NCBI GenBank assembly: GCA_019237595.1
Contig: JAFAGU010000054.1
Span: forward strand, 1 to 60,189
Direction: 5' to 3'
Origin: Betaproteobacteria bacterium
GTDB taxonomy: Bacteria > Pseudomonadota > Gammaproteobacteria > Burkholderiales > SG8-39
Length of the DNA stretch: 60,189 nucleotides
A program made the translations under genes and the position numbers. Positions 36,317 through 44,882 of the stretch are shown here, piece after piece; the stretch's first letter is position 1, and each line of letters opens with the position of its first letter. The notes beneath the pieces are model-generated. The model was not told the DNA's origin and ran no database searches. It saw nothing but the letters and a program-made list of their open reading frames with translations.

Positions 36317-37294
36317 ATGAAGAAAGCACTGCTGGCGGGCGCCTTCGCGGCCTTCTGCTCGCTTCCCGCCCACGCGCAGAACATCACCTGGCATGGCGCT
36401 TCGCAATTCAACGACGACCACGCCTTCACGAAGACGCTGGTGAAGTTCGAGGATCTGGTGAAGAAGTACTCCGGCAGGCCGGTGAGCTTCGTGCTCCACA
36501 AGAACTCGGAGCTTGGCCTGGAGAAGCAATATTTCGAGTACATGGCGCAGGGCAAGGCCGTGGACTACGGCATCGTGTCCCCGGCGCACATGTCTACCTT
36601 CTCGAAGGCGGCGCCCTTCATCGATGCGCCTTTCGTCTTCAGGGACCACGAGCACTGGAACAAGGTGCTGGACGCGGACCTTTTCAAGCCCATAGCCGAT
36701 GAGATACACCAGAAGGCCGATGTGCTCCTCATTGGCTACGCGGGAGGAGGGACGCGCAATCTTTTCGTCAACAAGCCGGTGCGCAACCTCCAGGACATGA
36801 AAGGCCTCAAGGTCCGGGTTCAGGGGGCGCCCATCTGGAGCCGTACCTTCGCTGCGGTGGGCATGGCGCCGACGGTCATCGCGTACAACGAGATCTACAA
36901 CGCGATACAGAACAACGTCATCTCGGCGGGTGAAAACGAGGCGGCAGGGGTCGAGCAGATGAAGTTCTACGAGGTCGCGCCGCAGCTTTCCATGACACAG
37001 CACGCGATCACGATCCGGCCGATCTGCTTCTCTGGCAAGACGTTCAAGGGCCTCGACAAGGCGATGCAGGCCGCGGTGCTGCGCGCCGGCAGGGAAGCCG
37101 GCGCCTACGGACGACAGGTCGAATCAAGCGAAGACGAGCAGAAGCTCGCGGCGCTCGAGAAAGCGGGGCGGCTGACGCGCGTGGCGTTCACGGACCGGGC
37201 GCAGATGAAGAAACTCGTCGACCCGGTAATGGAGGCTTACGCCAAGGAAATCGGCGCCTCGGAGATCCTCGCCAGGATCAACTCGATCAAATAA
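36317..37294 (+). CDS. dctP: TRAP transporter substrate-binding protein (DctP family)
   Basis: GGAGG RBS. Signal peptide MKKALLAGAFAAFCSLPAHAQ. The GGGTRNLF block contains the carboxylate-binding Arg conserved in the family. Confidence 0.88.
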   Translation: MKKALLAGAFAAFCSLPAHAQNITWHGASQFNDDHAFTKTLVKFEDLVKKYSGRPVSFVLHKNSELGLEKQYFEYMAQGKAVDYGIVSPAHMSTFSKAAPFIDAPFVFRDHEHWNKVLDADLFKPIADEIHQKADVLLIGYAGGGTRNLFVNKPVRNLQDMKGLKVRVQGAPIWSRTFAAVGMAPTVIAYNEIYNAIQNNVISAGENEAAGVEQMKFYEVAPQLSMTQHAITIRPICFSGKTFKGLDKAMQAAVLRAGREAGAYGRQVESSEDEQKLAALEKAGRLTRVAFTDRAQMKKLVDPVMEAYAKEIGASEILARINSIK

Positions 37295-37305
37295 CGCAGC
37301 ACTCG

Positions 37306-37341
37306 GACGCCGCGCCGGCAGCGGCGCGGCGTCTTTTCGTT
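37306..37341 (+). terminator. intrinsic terminator / attenuator between dctP and dctQ
   Basis: GACGCCGCGCC-GGCAGC-GGCGCGGCGTC is a perfect 11-bp stem, followed by TTTTCGTT. Confidence 0.7.
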
Positions 37342-37352
37342 CCGGGGGACGC

Positions 37353-37889
37353 ATGTTGGGAATGCCGGGCAGGAAGCGCACCGCGTGGCGCACGTTTACC
37401 GCGTGGTATGCATGGGGTCTTTCGCAGGTGCTTGCCCTCGCGCTCGTAGTGCTGGTCATCCCCGTGTCGCTGCAGATCTTTTCGCGCTACACCCCGTTCG
37501 TCCCGACCTACATATGGACCGAGGAGATGGCGCGCTTCCTGTTCGTCTGGGTGATCATGCTCGGCAGCATCATCGGCGTCTACGAGAACGCCCATTTCGA
37601 CTGCGACCTGTGGCCTGACTACGGCCCGCGAGTCGACGCCATCGGCCGCCTCCTCGGTCGCGTGGGTGTACTGATCACCGCGCTCATCTTCATCTGGGCC
37701 GGCATCGAATTCACCAAATTCGCGTGGAATCGGACCTCGGAGCTCGGCGACCTGCCGCTCTGGTACATCCATGTTGCCTGGCCCATCGCAGGCGTCTCAT
37801 GGATCGTGTTTCTCGGCGAACAGATGCTCGATGACGTGCGCATCATCCGCGGCCTGGAGCCGATCGATCCGGTGCGGAGACCGATGTGA
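37353..37889 (+). CDS. dctQ: TRAP transporter small permease (DctQ family)
   Basis: About 4 TM segments, with the W.EE..RFLFVW motif typical of DctQ. Confidence 0.85.
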   Translation: MLGMPGRKRTAWRTFTAWYAWGLSQVLALALVVLVIPVSLQIFSRYTPFVPTYIWTEEMARFLFVWVIMLGSIIGVYENAHFDCDLWPDYGPRVDAIGRLLGRVGVLITALIFIWAGIEFTKFAWNRTSELGDLPLWYIHVAWPIAGVSWIVFLGEQMLDDVRIIRGLEPIDPVRRPM

Positions 37890-39205
37890 ACGGCTCGGTC
37901 CTGTCGCCGGTGATGGCCTGCGTGGTCCTGCTCGGTACCTTCGGCGTGCTCATGGCGATGCGGCTGCCGATTGCTTTCGCGCTCGGGCTCTCCTGCGTGC
38001 CGATCCTCGTGATCGAGCCGCGGCTGGATACGGTCGTGCTGATGAGCGAGACATTCAATGCCTACAATTCGTTCATCCTCCTCGCGGTCCCGTTTTTCCT
38101 TCTCACAGCGAACCTCATGAACGCGGGAGGGACGACGGACCGGCTGCTCAGGCTGTCGCGCGCCATGGTGGGCCACTTCCCGGGCGGGCTTGCGCAGATC
38201 AATGTGCTGCTTTCGGTGTTCTTCGCTGGCATTTCGGGCTCGGCGACCGCCGACGCCGCGAGCCAGTCGAAGATTTTCCTGGACGCCCAGAAGAAGGAGG
38301 GCTACGACGACAGTTTCTCCGTCTCCATTACCGCCGTTTCGGCGGTGCTCTCCAACATCTTTCCACCGTCGATCCTGATGGTGGTATGGGGCGGGCTCCT
38401 CACGGTGTCGATAGGCGGCCTGTTTCTCGCCGGGATTATTCCGGGGCTCCTCGTCGGCCTCGCGCAGATGGCCACCGTTCACGTCTACGCGAAGCTGCGC
38501 AATTACCCGACCTACAAGCGCGCCACATTCAAGGAATTCCTCAAGTCGCTCTGGGTTTCAATTCCCGCGCTTACGACGCCCGGGATCATCATCGGCGGAA
38601 AGATCTTCGGCTGGTTCACCGCCACCGAGTCGGCTTGCATTGCCGTCCTCTACGCGCTCGTCATCTCGTTCTTCGTGTACCGCGATCTCGACCTGCGCGG
38701 CTTCTACGGTGCGCTAGTGGATACGGGAAAGCTCGCCGGCGTCGCGCTTTTCTGCGTGGGCACAGCAAGCGTCTTCGGCTGGATCCTCGCGTACTACAAG
38801 ATTCCGGAGGCGGTGCTGGCGGGCGTATCGACCTGGAACATGGGACTGACTGCTACGGGCTTCTTCATCGTCTTCGTCTTCCTCGTCGCGGGGACGTTCC
38901 TCGATTCCATTCCTGCGATCATCATTTGCGCGCCCATCCTGGAGCCGCTCGCCCGGCATGGCGGGATGGATCCGATCCACTTCGCCATGATCAGCATCGT
39001 GTCGCTCGCGTTCGGGCTCGTCACGCCTCCGTACGGAATTACGCTCTCCATCGCGTGCTCGGTCGCCGGGATCAGGATGCGCGAGGCGCTTTGGGATACG
39101 AACATCATGCTGCTTCCCATGCTGGGAGTGCTGATGCTGCTCGTCATCTGGCCCGAGACGGTTCTCTTCCTCCCTCGGCTGATCTCGCCGGAGTTCCTGA
39201 AATAG
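37886..39205 (+). CDS. dctM: TRAP transporter large permease (DctM family)
   Basis: GTGA overlap with dctQ. 439 aa, polytopic, with DctM-like blocks (FFAGISGSATADAA, PPSILMVVWG). Confidence 0.9.
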   Translation: MNGSVLSPVMACVVLLGTFGVLMAMRLPIAFALGLSCVPILVIEPRLDTVVLMSETFNAYNSFILLAVPFFLLTANLMNAGGTTDRLLRLSRAMVGHFPGGLAQINVLLSVFFAGISGSATADAASQSKIFLDAQKKEGYDDSFSVSITAVSAVLSNIFPPSILMVVWGGLLTVSIGGLFLAGIIPGLLVGLAQMATVHVYAKLRNYPTYKRATFKEFLKSLWVSIPALTTPGIIIGGKIFGWFTATESACIAVLYALVISFFVYRDLDLRGFYGALVDTGKLAGVALFCVGTASVFGWILAYYKIPEAVLAGVSTWNMGLTATGFFIVFVFLVAGTFLDSIPAIIICAPILEPLARHGGMDPIHFAMISIVSLAFGLVTPPYGITLSIACSVAGIRMREALWDTNIMLLPMLGVLMLLVIWPETVLFLPRLISPEFLK

Positions 39206-39211
39206 CGCGGC

Positions 39212-40042
39212 ATGGGCGCGCCCGACCCTTCGAGGCTCTCGCTCAATACCGCCACGGTCCGCAAGCAGTGGAAGCTCGCGCAGATACTCGATGGCTGCGC
39301 GCGGCACGGCATCCGCGGCGTGGCGCCGTGGCGCGATCAGGTGCAGGAATTCGGGCTCGACCAGACGGCGCGCCTCGCGAAGACCCACGGCCTCACCGTC
39401 ACGGGCCTTTGCCGCGGCGGCTTCTTCACCGGCAAGAACTGGCTAGAAGACAATCGGCGGGCGATCGCCGAAGCCCACGTGCTGGGCGCGCAGTGCCTCG
39501 TGCTGGTCGTCGGCGGACTGCTCTTCGAGTCGAAGAACCTCGTCCGCGCCCGCGAGGTCGTCCGCGAATCGCTCCAGGAAATCCTTCCCGAAGCGAGGCA
39601 GGCCGGCGTCCCGCTTGCCATCGAGCCGCTGCATCCCATGCAGGCGGCGGAGCGGGCCTGCATAAACACGCTCGAGCAGGCGCTCGACCTCTGCGATGCG
39701 CTGGACCCGGGAGGTTCGCGAGGCGCCCCGGCTCTAGGCGTGGCGGTCGACGCCTACCACGTATGGTGGGACCCGAAGCTCGAAGCGCAGATCCAGCGCG
39801 CGGGGAGCCGCATCCTCGCGTACCACATCTGCGACTGGCTCGTGCCCACGCGCGACCTCCTCAACGACCGCGGCATGATGGGCGACGGCGTCATCGACCT
39901 GCCGCGCATTCGTTGCTGGGTAGAGGCAGCCGGCTACGCCGGCTTCCACGAGGTGGAGATCTTCTCGGAGCTCGACTGGTGGCGGAAGAATCCCGATGAC
40001 GTGCTTGCGACCTGCAAGCAGCGCCACCGGGAGTGCAGCTGA
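39212..40042 (+). CDS. xylose-isomerase-like TIM-barrel protein (second copy; sugar phosphate isomerase/epimerase or dehydratase type)
   Basis: LSLNTATV...HGIRGVAPWRD...LVLVVGG...AIEPLHP...YHVWWD...YHICDW; 276 aa. It lies 6 nt downstream of dctM. Confidence 0.78.
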   Translation: MGAPDPSRLSLNTATVRKQWKLAQILDGCARHGIRGVAPWRDQVQEFGLDQTARLAKTHGLTVTGLCRGGFFTGKNWLEDNRRAIAEAHVLGAQCLVLVVGGLLFESKNLVRAREVVRESLQEILPEARQAGVPLAIEPLHPMQAAERACINTLEQALDLCDALDPGGSRGAPALGVAVDAYHVWWDPKLEAQIQRAGSRILAYHICDWLVPTRDLLNDRGMMGDGVIDLPRIRCWVEAAGYAGFHEVEIFSELDWWRKNPDDVLATCKQRHRECS

Positions 40043-40051
40043 GCCGCCGGG

Positions 40052-41188
40052 TTACTTCCGCACCGAAAAGCGGTAGACCGTCTTGCCGGTGTACCACTCG
40101 CCGGGATTGAGGACGGTCGAGGGAAAGGCCGGCTTGTTCACGCTGTCGGGAAAGTGAGAGGGCTCGAGGCAGAACCCGGTGCGGAAGGCGTAAAGCGCGC
40201 CGCCCTTGCCGACGTCGCGCGGCTGCTTTCCTTCCAGGAAGTTGCCCGAGTAGACCTGGATGCCGGGCTCCGTGGTCCACACCTCCATCACCCGGCCGCT
40301 TTTCGGCTCGAACATGCGCGCGGCCAGGCTGAATTCGCCATCCCGCTTCTTGTTGAGCACATAGTGGTGGTCGTACCCGTTGCCGAGCTTGAGCTGCTCG
40401 TCGTCCGCGCCGATGCGCTTGCCGAAGGTCTCGGGCTTGGTGAAGTCCATCACCGTGCCCTTGACCGGCTTCAGCTCGCCGGTGGGGATCAGCGTCTTGT
40501 CGATGGGCAGGAAGGCGTCGCCGTTCACTTGCAGCACGTGGCCGAGCACGTCGCCGCCGTTATGGCCGGCGAGGTTCCAGAACGTGTGCGTCGTGAAGTT
40601 CACGACCGTGGGCTTGTCGGCCGCGACGGCGGCCCACTCGACGAGGAACTCGTTCTTGTCCGTGACCGAGTACTTGACCATCGAGGGAAGCGTGCCCGGG
40701 AAGTTCTCCTCGCCGTCCCGATAGGTATAGCTCATCACCACGGTGGAATCGTCGACCTGCTTGGCGTCGAAGACGACGAAGCGCGAGCCTTTCGCGCCGC
40801 CATGCAGCGTGTTCGGGCCGTTATTCGCGGCGAGCTTGTACTCCTGGCCGTTCAGCGTGAATTTGGCGCCGCCGATGCGGTTGGCGTAGCGGCCCACGAA
40901 GGCGCCCATCGACGCCTGGCCCTGCTGCAGCTGGTCGATCGAGTCGTAGCCGAGCGCGACGTCGCCGAGCACCCCCTTGCGATCGGGCACGAGCACCTGC
41001 ATCACCTTGGCGCCCCAGTTGGTGATCTTCACCACCATGCCCTTCGAGTTGCGGATCGTGTAGAGGTCGACCTTCTTGCCGTCGATCTCCTTCTGGTAGC
41101 TCTCCCGCTTGAGCTCCGGGTCCCCGGCGGCGCCGGCGGCTGAAAAGGCGATGGCCATGCATGCTCCCGCGATGACGGACGACTTCAT
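40052..41188 (-). CDS. galM: aldose 1-epimerase (mutarotase), exported
   Basis: Signal peptide MKSSVIAGACMAIAFSAAGAAG. It has GRYANRI, NTLHGG and HHYV... blocks of the GalM family. Confidence 0.88.
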   Translation of the reverse strand: MKSSVIAGACMAIAFSAAGAAGDPELKRESYQKEIDGKKVDLYTIRNSKGMVVKITNWGAKVMQVLVPDRKGVLGDVALGYDSIDQLQQGQASMGAFVGRYANRIGGAKFTLNGQEYKLAANNGPNTLHGGAKGSRFVVFDAKQVDDSTVVMSYTYRDGEENFPGTLPSMVKYSVTDKNEFLVEWAAVAADKPTVVNFTTHTFWNLAGHNGGDVLGHVLQVNGDAFLPIDKTLIPTGELKPVKGTVMDFTKPETFGKRIGADDEQLKLGNGYDHHYVLNKKRDGEFSLAARMFEPKSGRVMEVWTTEPGIQVYSGNFLEGKQPRDVGKGGALYAFRTGFCLEPSHFPDSVNKPAFPSTVLNPGEWYTGKTVYRFSVRK

Positions 41189-41231
41189 GCGTTCTCCTTT
41201 CGCTTGCTTGCGTTCTCCTCCGCTTTGAGCC

Positions 41232-42515
41232 TCAGTACCCGAGCACCCTCGGCAGCCACAGCGAGAGCGCCGGCACGTACGTGACGATGAGCAGCGCGAG
41301 GCACATGGCGCCGTAGAAGGGCCAGAGCTCCTTCGACACCTCCTCCATGGTGACCTTGCCGATCGCGCAGCCCACGAAGAGCGTCGGCCCGACGGGCGGG
41401 GTGATGAGCCCGATGCCGAGGTTGAGCAGCATGATCATCCCGAAGTGCACCGGGTCGACGCCCATCGCCTTCACCACGGGCAGCATGATCGGCGTGCAGA
41501 TGAGGATCATCGGCGCCATGTCCATGAACGTGCCCAGGAGCAGCAGCAGCACGTTGATGAGGAGCAGCATCATGTACTTGTCGGTGGTGACGTGCAGGAA
41601 GAACTCGGTCGCCTTCGCCGGCAGCTGCATGATCGCCATCAGGTAGCCGAAGCCCGCCGCGAAGCCGATCACCATCATGACCATCGCCACGGTCTTGGTG
41701 ACCCGGTGCACGAGCTTCGGCAGCTCGCGCCACTTGTATTCCTTGTAGATCACCACGGTGCAGAAAAGCGCGTAGACGCACGCGACGGCGCCCGACTCGA
41801 TAGCGGTGAAGACGCCCGAGAGGATGCCGCCCAGGATGATGACGATCGTGATGAGGCCCCACACCGCGTCGAGGGCGATCTTGAGCGCCTGGCGAAGCGG
41901 CACGACCTCGCTCGCCGGGAAGCCGCGCTTGCGTGCCGTGATGAGCACGAGGCCCACGATGCATGCCCCGAAGAGCAGTCCCGGGAAGATGCCGGCCATG
42001 AAGAGCGCGGCGATCGACACCGTGCCGCCGGTGGCGATCGAATAGATGACCGAGTTGTGGGAGGGCGGGACGAGGATCGCCTGCACCGAGCCGCAGATCG
42101 TGACGTTGGTGGCGAAGACCTTGTCGTAGCCGTTCTTCACCATCTGCGGGATCATCACCGAGCCGATCGACGCCGTATCCGCGACGGAGGACCCGGAGAG
42201 GCAGCCGAAGAGCGTGGAGGCGAGCACGTTGACCAGCGCGAGGCCGCCGCGGATGAAGCCGACGAACACCTTGGCGAGGTCGACGAGCCGGCGCGCGACG
42301 CCGCCCTCCGACATGATGGCGCCTGCCAGCACGAAGAACGGGATCGTGAGCAGCGCAAAGTCGTCCATGCCGTCGGAGATCTTCAGCATCACCGCCTCGA
42401 GCGGGATGTCGATCCAGAGCGCCGTGATAAGGGTGGCGAGGCCCATCGCATAGGCGACGGGGATGCCGATGAACATCAGCACGAGGAAGGAGACGAGGAG
42501 GATGAGCGCGTCCAT
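41232..42515 (-). CDS. dctM: TRAP transporter large permease (DctM family)
   Basis: Start at MDALILLVSFLVLMFIGIPVAYAMG, preceded by GGAG. The track ORF extension to 43010 overlaps dctQ and is rejected. Confidence 0.9.
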   Translation of the reverse strand: MDALILLVSFLVLMFIGIPVAYAMGLATLITALWIDIPLEAVMLKISDGMDDFALLTIPFFVLAGAIMSEGGVARRLVDLAKVFVGFIRGGLALVNVLASTLFGCLSGSSVADTASIGSVMIPQMVKNGYDKVFATNVTICGSVQAILVPPSHNSVIYSIATGGTVSIAALFMAGIFPGLLFGACIVGLVLITARKRGFPASEVVPLRQALKIALDAVWGLITIVIILGGILSGVFTAIESGAVACVYALFCTVVIYKEYKWRELPKLVHRVTKTVAMVMMVIGFAAGFGYLMAIMQLPAKATEFFLHVTTDKYMMLLLINVLLLLLGTFMDMAPMILICTPIMLPVVKAMGVDPVHFGMIMLLNLGIGLITPPVGPTLFVGCAIGKVTMEEVSKELWPFYGAMCLALLIVTYVPALSLWLPRVLGY

Positions 42516-42523
42516 GGGGCCTC

Positions 42524-43039
42524 CTAGTCGATCTGCGGCTGGTCGCGGAACGTGAACGAGTCCGCGCTCGGCTGGCCGAGCCACAGCCGCTCGATGCAAA
42601 AGAGCAGCGTGATCACGCCGGCGATCGGGATCGGGGTGTAGGTCACGCCGACCGATACGTCCGGGAATTCGGCGATCGTGTTGTGCCAGACCGCCTGCAC
42701 GAGCTGGATGCCCCATTTCGTCATGAAGATGCCGACGACGCCCATGCCTACGTCGCCGACGAATTCCAGGCGGCGCCGGTTCTGCGCGTTCACCATGTTG
42801 AGGAGCGTGCCGACGGCGATGTGCGCGTTTGCCCGGTACGCGGCCGCGCCGCCCACGAACGAGAACAGGATCATCATCAGGATGCCGGCGGGCTCGGGCC
42901 AGCTCGCGGGCGAGTTCACCACGTAGCGCATGAACACGCCGTAGGGGATGATCGCCGTGATCACGACCATGGCGACCCCCGCCATGGCGATGCAAGCGAT
43001 GTAGAGCCACTCCATCGCCGTGCGGTAGGCTTGTCTCAT
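42524..43039 (-). CDS. dctQ: TRAP transporter small permease (DctQ family)
   Basis: 171 aa with 4 TM segments. W.EPAGILMMILFSFVGGAAAYR is DctQ-like. Confidence 0.85.
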   Translation of the reverse strand: MRQAYRTAMEWLYIACIAMAGVAMVVITAIIPYGVFMRYVVNSPASWPEPAGILMMILFSFVGGAAAYRANAHIAVGTLLNMVNAQNRRRLEFVGDVGMGVVGIFMTKWGIQLVQAVWHNTIAEFPDVSVGVTYTPIPIAGVITLLFCIERLWLGQPSADSFTFRDQPQID

Positions 43040-43044
43040 ATATG

Positions 43045-43071
43045 AAAAGGGCCGCCTTCTTTGGGCGGCCC
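43045..43071 (-). terminator. intrinsic terminator / attenuator between dctP and dctQ (minus strand)
   Basis: GGGCCGCC (43049-43056) pairs with GGCGGCCC (43064-43071) across a 7-nt loop. On the minus strand it is followed by TTTT (43048-43045), only 5 nt before the dctQ ATG. Confidence 0.6.
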
Positions 43072-43090
43072 CCTTATGGGTTGACGATCG

Positions 43091-44071
43091 TTACTTCGTG
43101 TCCTGGATGCGCTTCAGGAGCGCGGCGTACTTGGCGCCGTACTTTTCGCGGATCGGCTGCGTCGCCTGGTAGAACGCGGGCTTGTCGGCAGCAACGAACT
43201 GCACGCCGGCGGCCTTGAGCTTCTCGGTCGCCTCGCCGACCATCTTGTCCCAGAGCTGGCGCTGCTCCATCTGCGCCTCGCGGGAATGCTTCTTGAGCAT
43301 CGCCTGGTCCTCCGGCGAGAGCGTTTCCCAGGTGCGCTTCGAGAAAACGAAGATCTCGGGAATGATGAGGTGGCCCGTGAGGCTGTACACCTTCACGACC
43401 TGGTAGTGGTTGGCGGTGAGGTAGGAGGGCGGATTGTTCTCCGCGCCGTCCACCACGTGGGTCTGCAGCGCCGAATAGAGCTCGTTGTAGCCCATCGCCA
43501 CGCCGTTGCCGCCCATCGCGTTCATCGTCTCGACGAAGATCGGGTTCCCCATCATGCGCACCTTGAGGCCCTTCAGGTCCGCGGGCTTAGTGACGGGCTT
43601 GCTCGAATAGACGTTGCGCGTGCCGCCGTCCATCCACCCGAGGCCGATCAGCCGCGCGCTCGAGGCGCTCACCTTGTCGAGGAGCTCCGTGCCGATCGGG
43701 CCGTCGATTACCTTGCGCATGTGCGCTTCGTCGCGGAAGATGAACGGCAGGTTGAAGACGTTGAGGTCGTCGACGACGGGCCCGAGGGCGCCGACGGAGA
43801 CGCGCGTGATCTGCAGCGCGCCGACCTGCGCCTGCTCGATCATCTCCTTCTCGCCGCCGAGCTGCATGGACGGGTACATCTGGATGGAGATGCGGCCGTT
43901 CGTCTCGGCCTCGATCTTCTTGCCCATCCGCTGGATCGCCTCGATGGTGGGATAGCCGAGCGGGTGGACGTCGGCGGCCTTCCAGACCTGCTTCTGCTGC
44001 GCCGGGGCGGCGAAGGGCAGCGCAAGCGCGCCGGCCGCGGCGGCGGCCGCGATGAAATGGCGGTACGACAT
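43091..44071 (-). CDS. dctP: TRAP transporter substrate-binding protein (DctP family)
   Basis: ATG at 44071 is preceded by GGAGGAG. Signal peptide MSYRHFIAAAAAAGALALPFAAPAQ. The DGGTRNVY block carries the conserved Arg. Confidence 0.88.
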   Translation of the reverse strand: MSYRHFIAAAAAAGALALPFAAPAQQKQVWKAADVHPLGYPTIEAIQRMGKKIEAETNGRISIQMYPSMQLGGEKEMIEQAQVGALQITRVSVGALGPVVDDLNVFNLPFIFRDEAHMRKVIDGPIGTELLDKVSASSARLIGLGWMDGGTRNVYSSKPVTKPADLKGLKVRMMGNPIFVETMNAMGGNGVAMGYNELYSALQTHVVDGAENNPPSYLTANHYQVVKVYSLTGHLIIPEIFVFSKRTWETLSPEDQAMLKKHSREAQMEQRQLWDKMVGEATEKLKAAGVQFVAADKPAFYQATQPIREKYGAKYAALLKRIQDTK

Positions 44072-44147
44072 GGACTCCTCCTTTGGTAGAATCATCAGTC
44101 ATCATACAACCCAACCGGTAGGCCTCGTCAAGCGACCCGCGCCGCCC

Positions 44148-44882
44148 ATGATGCGCATCCGTCCCGTCGCCGCCGCCCGCAAGCTCTCGCGCGGGCTCTT
44201 CGAGCAGCTTGCCGAGCAGATCAAGAGCGGGCGCCTCGCCCCCGGCGAGCGCCTACCCACCGAGCAGGAGCTCACCCGTGCGGCGCGCGTCTCGCGCACG
44301 GTCGTGCGCGAAGCCGTCGCGGCGTTGCGCGCGGAGGGCCTCGTCGTCACGCGCCAGGGCGTCGGCGCCTTCGTTTCCGCGATGCCGCAGCAGGCGCCGT
44401 TTCGCATCGACCCCGAGCGCATGCAGTCGCTCGACGAGATCCTCAATGTCATGGAGCTGCGCCTGGGCGTGGAGATCGAGTCGGCCGGGCTTGCGGCCGA
44501 GCGCGCCACCAAGCCGCAGCTGCGCGCGATCGGCGCCGCGCTCGAGGCCATGGACGCCGCGGCGCGCGGCGGCAAGAGCGCGGTCGACGAAGACCTGGAG
44601 CTCCACCGCGCGATTGCCGAGGCCACGGGAAATCCCGAGTTCGCGCGCTTCCTGCAGTTCATCGGCCGCCACCTGATTCCACGGCGGATCGTCACCGGGC
44701 TGCCGGAGAGCATGGGCGGGCGCAGCGCGTACCTCGAGATCATCCAGGAGGAGCACCGCCGCATCTTCGAGGCGATCCGCGGCCGCGATGCCAAGGCCGC
44801 CCGCGAGGCGATGCGCAGGCACCTCACGCGCTCGCTCGAGCGCTACCGGCGGCTCGCCGGCGAACGGCCGCAGGCGGCTTGA
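44148..44882 (+). CDS. GntR-family transcriptional regulator (FadR/FCD subfamily)
   Basis: HTH LPTEQELTRAARVSRTVVREAVAALRAEGLV plus an FCD domain. Start chosen at MMRIRP. It is divergent from dctP and is the first gene of the downstream operon. Confidence 0.88.
   Translation: MMRIRPVAAARKLSRGLFEQLAEQIKSGRLAPGERLPTEQELTRAARVSRTVVREAVAALRAEGLVVTRQGVGAFVSAMPQQAPFRIDPERMQSLDEILNVMELRLGVEIESAGLAAERATKPQLRAIGAALEAMDAAARGGKSAVDEDLELHRAIAEATGNPEFARFLQFIGRHLIPRRIVTGLPESMGGRSAYLEIIQEEHRRIFEAIRGRDAKAAREAMRRHLTRSLERYRRLAGERPQAA

Noticed and set aside
44072-44147. The divergent dctP/GntR spacer, searched for a GntR palindrome (e.g. GTCATCATAC, TGGTAGAATCA).
   Set aside because: The candidate sites match only at the terminal GT/AC dinucleotides. 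No convincing inverted or direct repeat was found.
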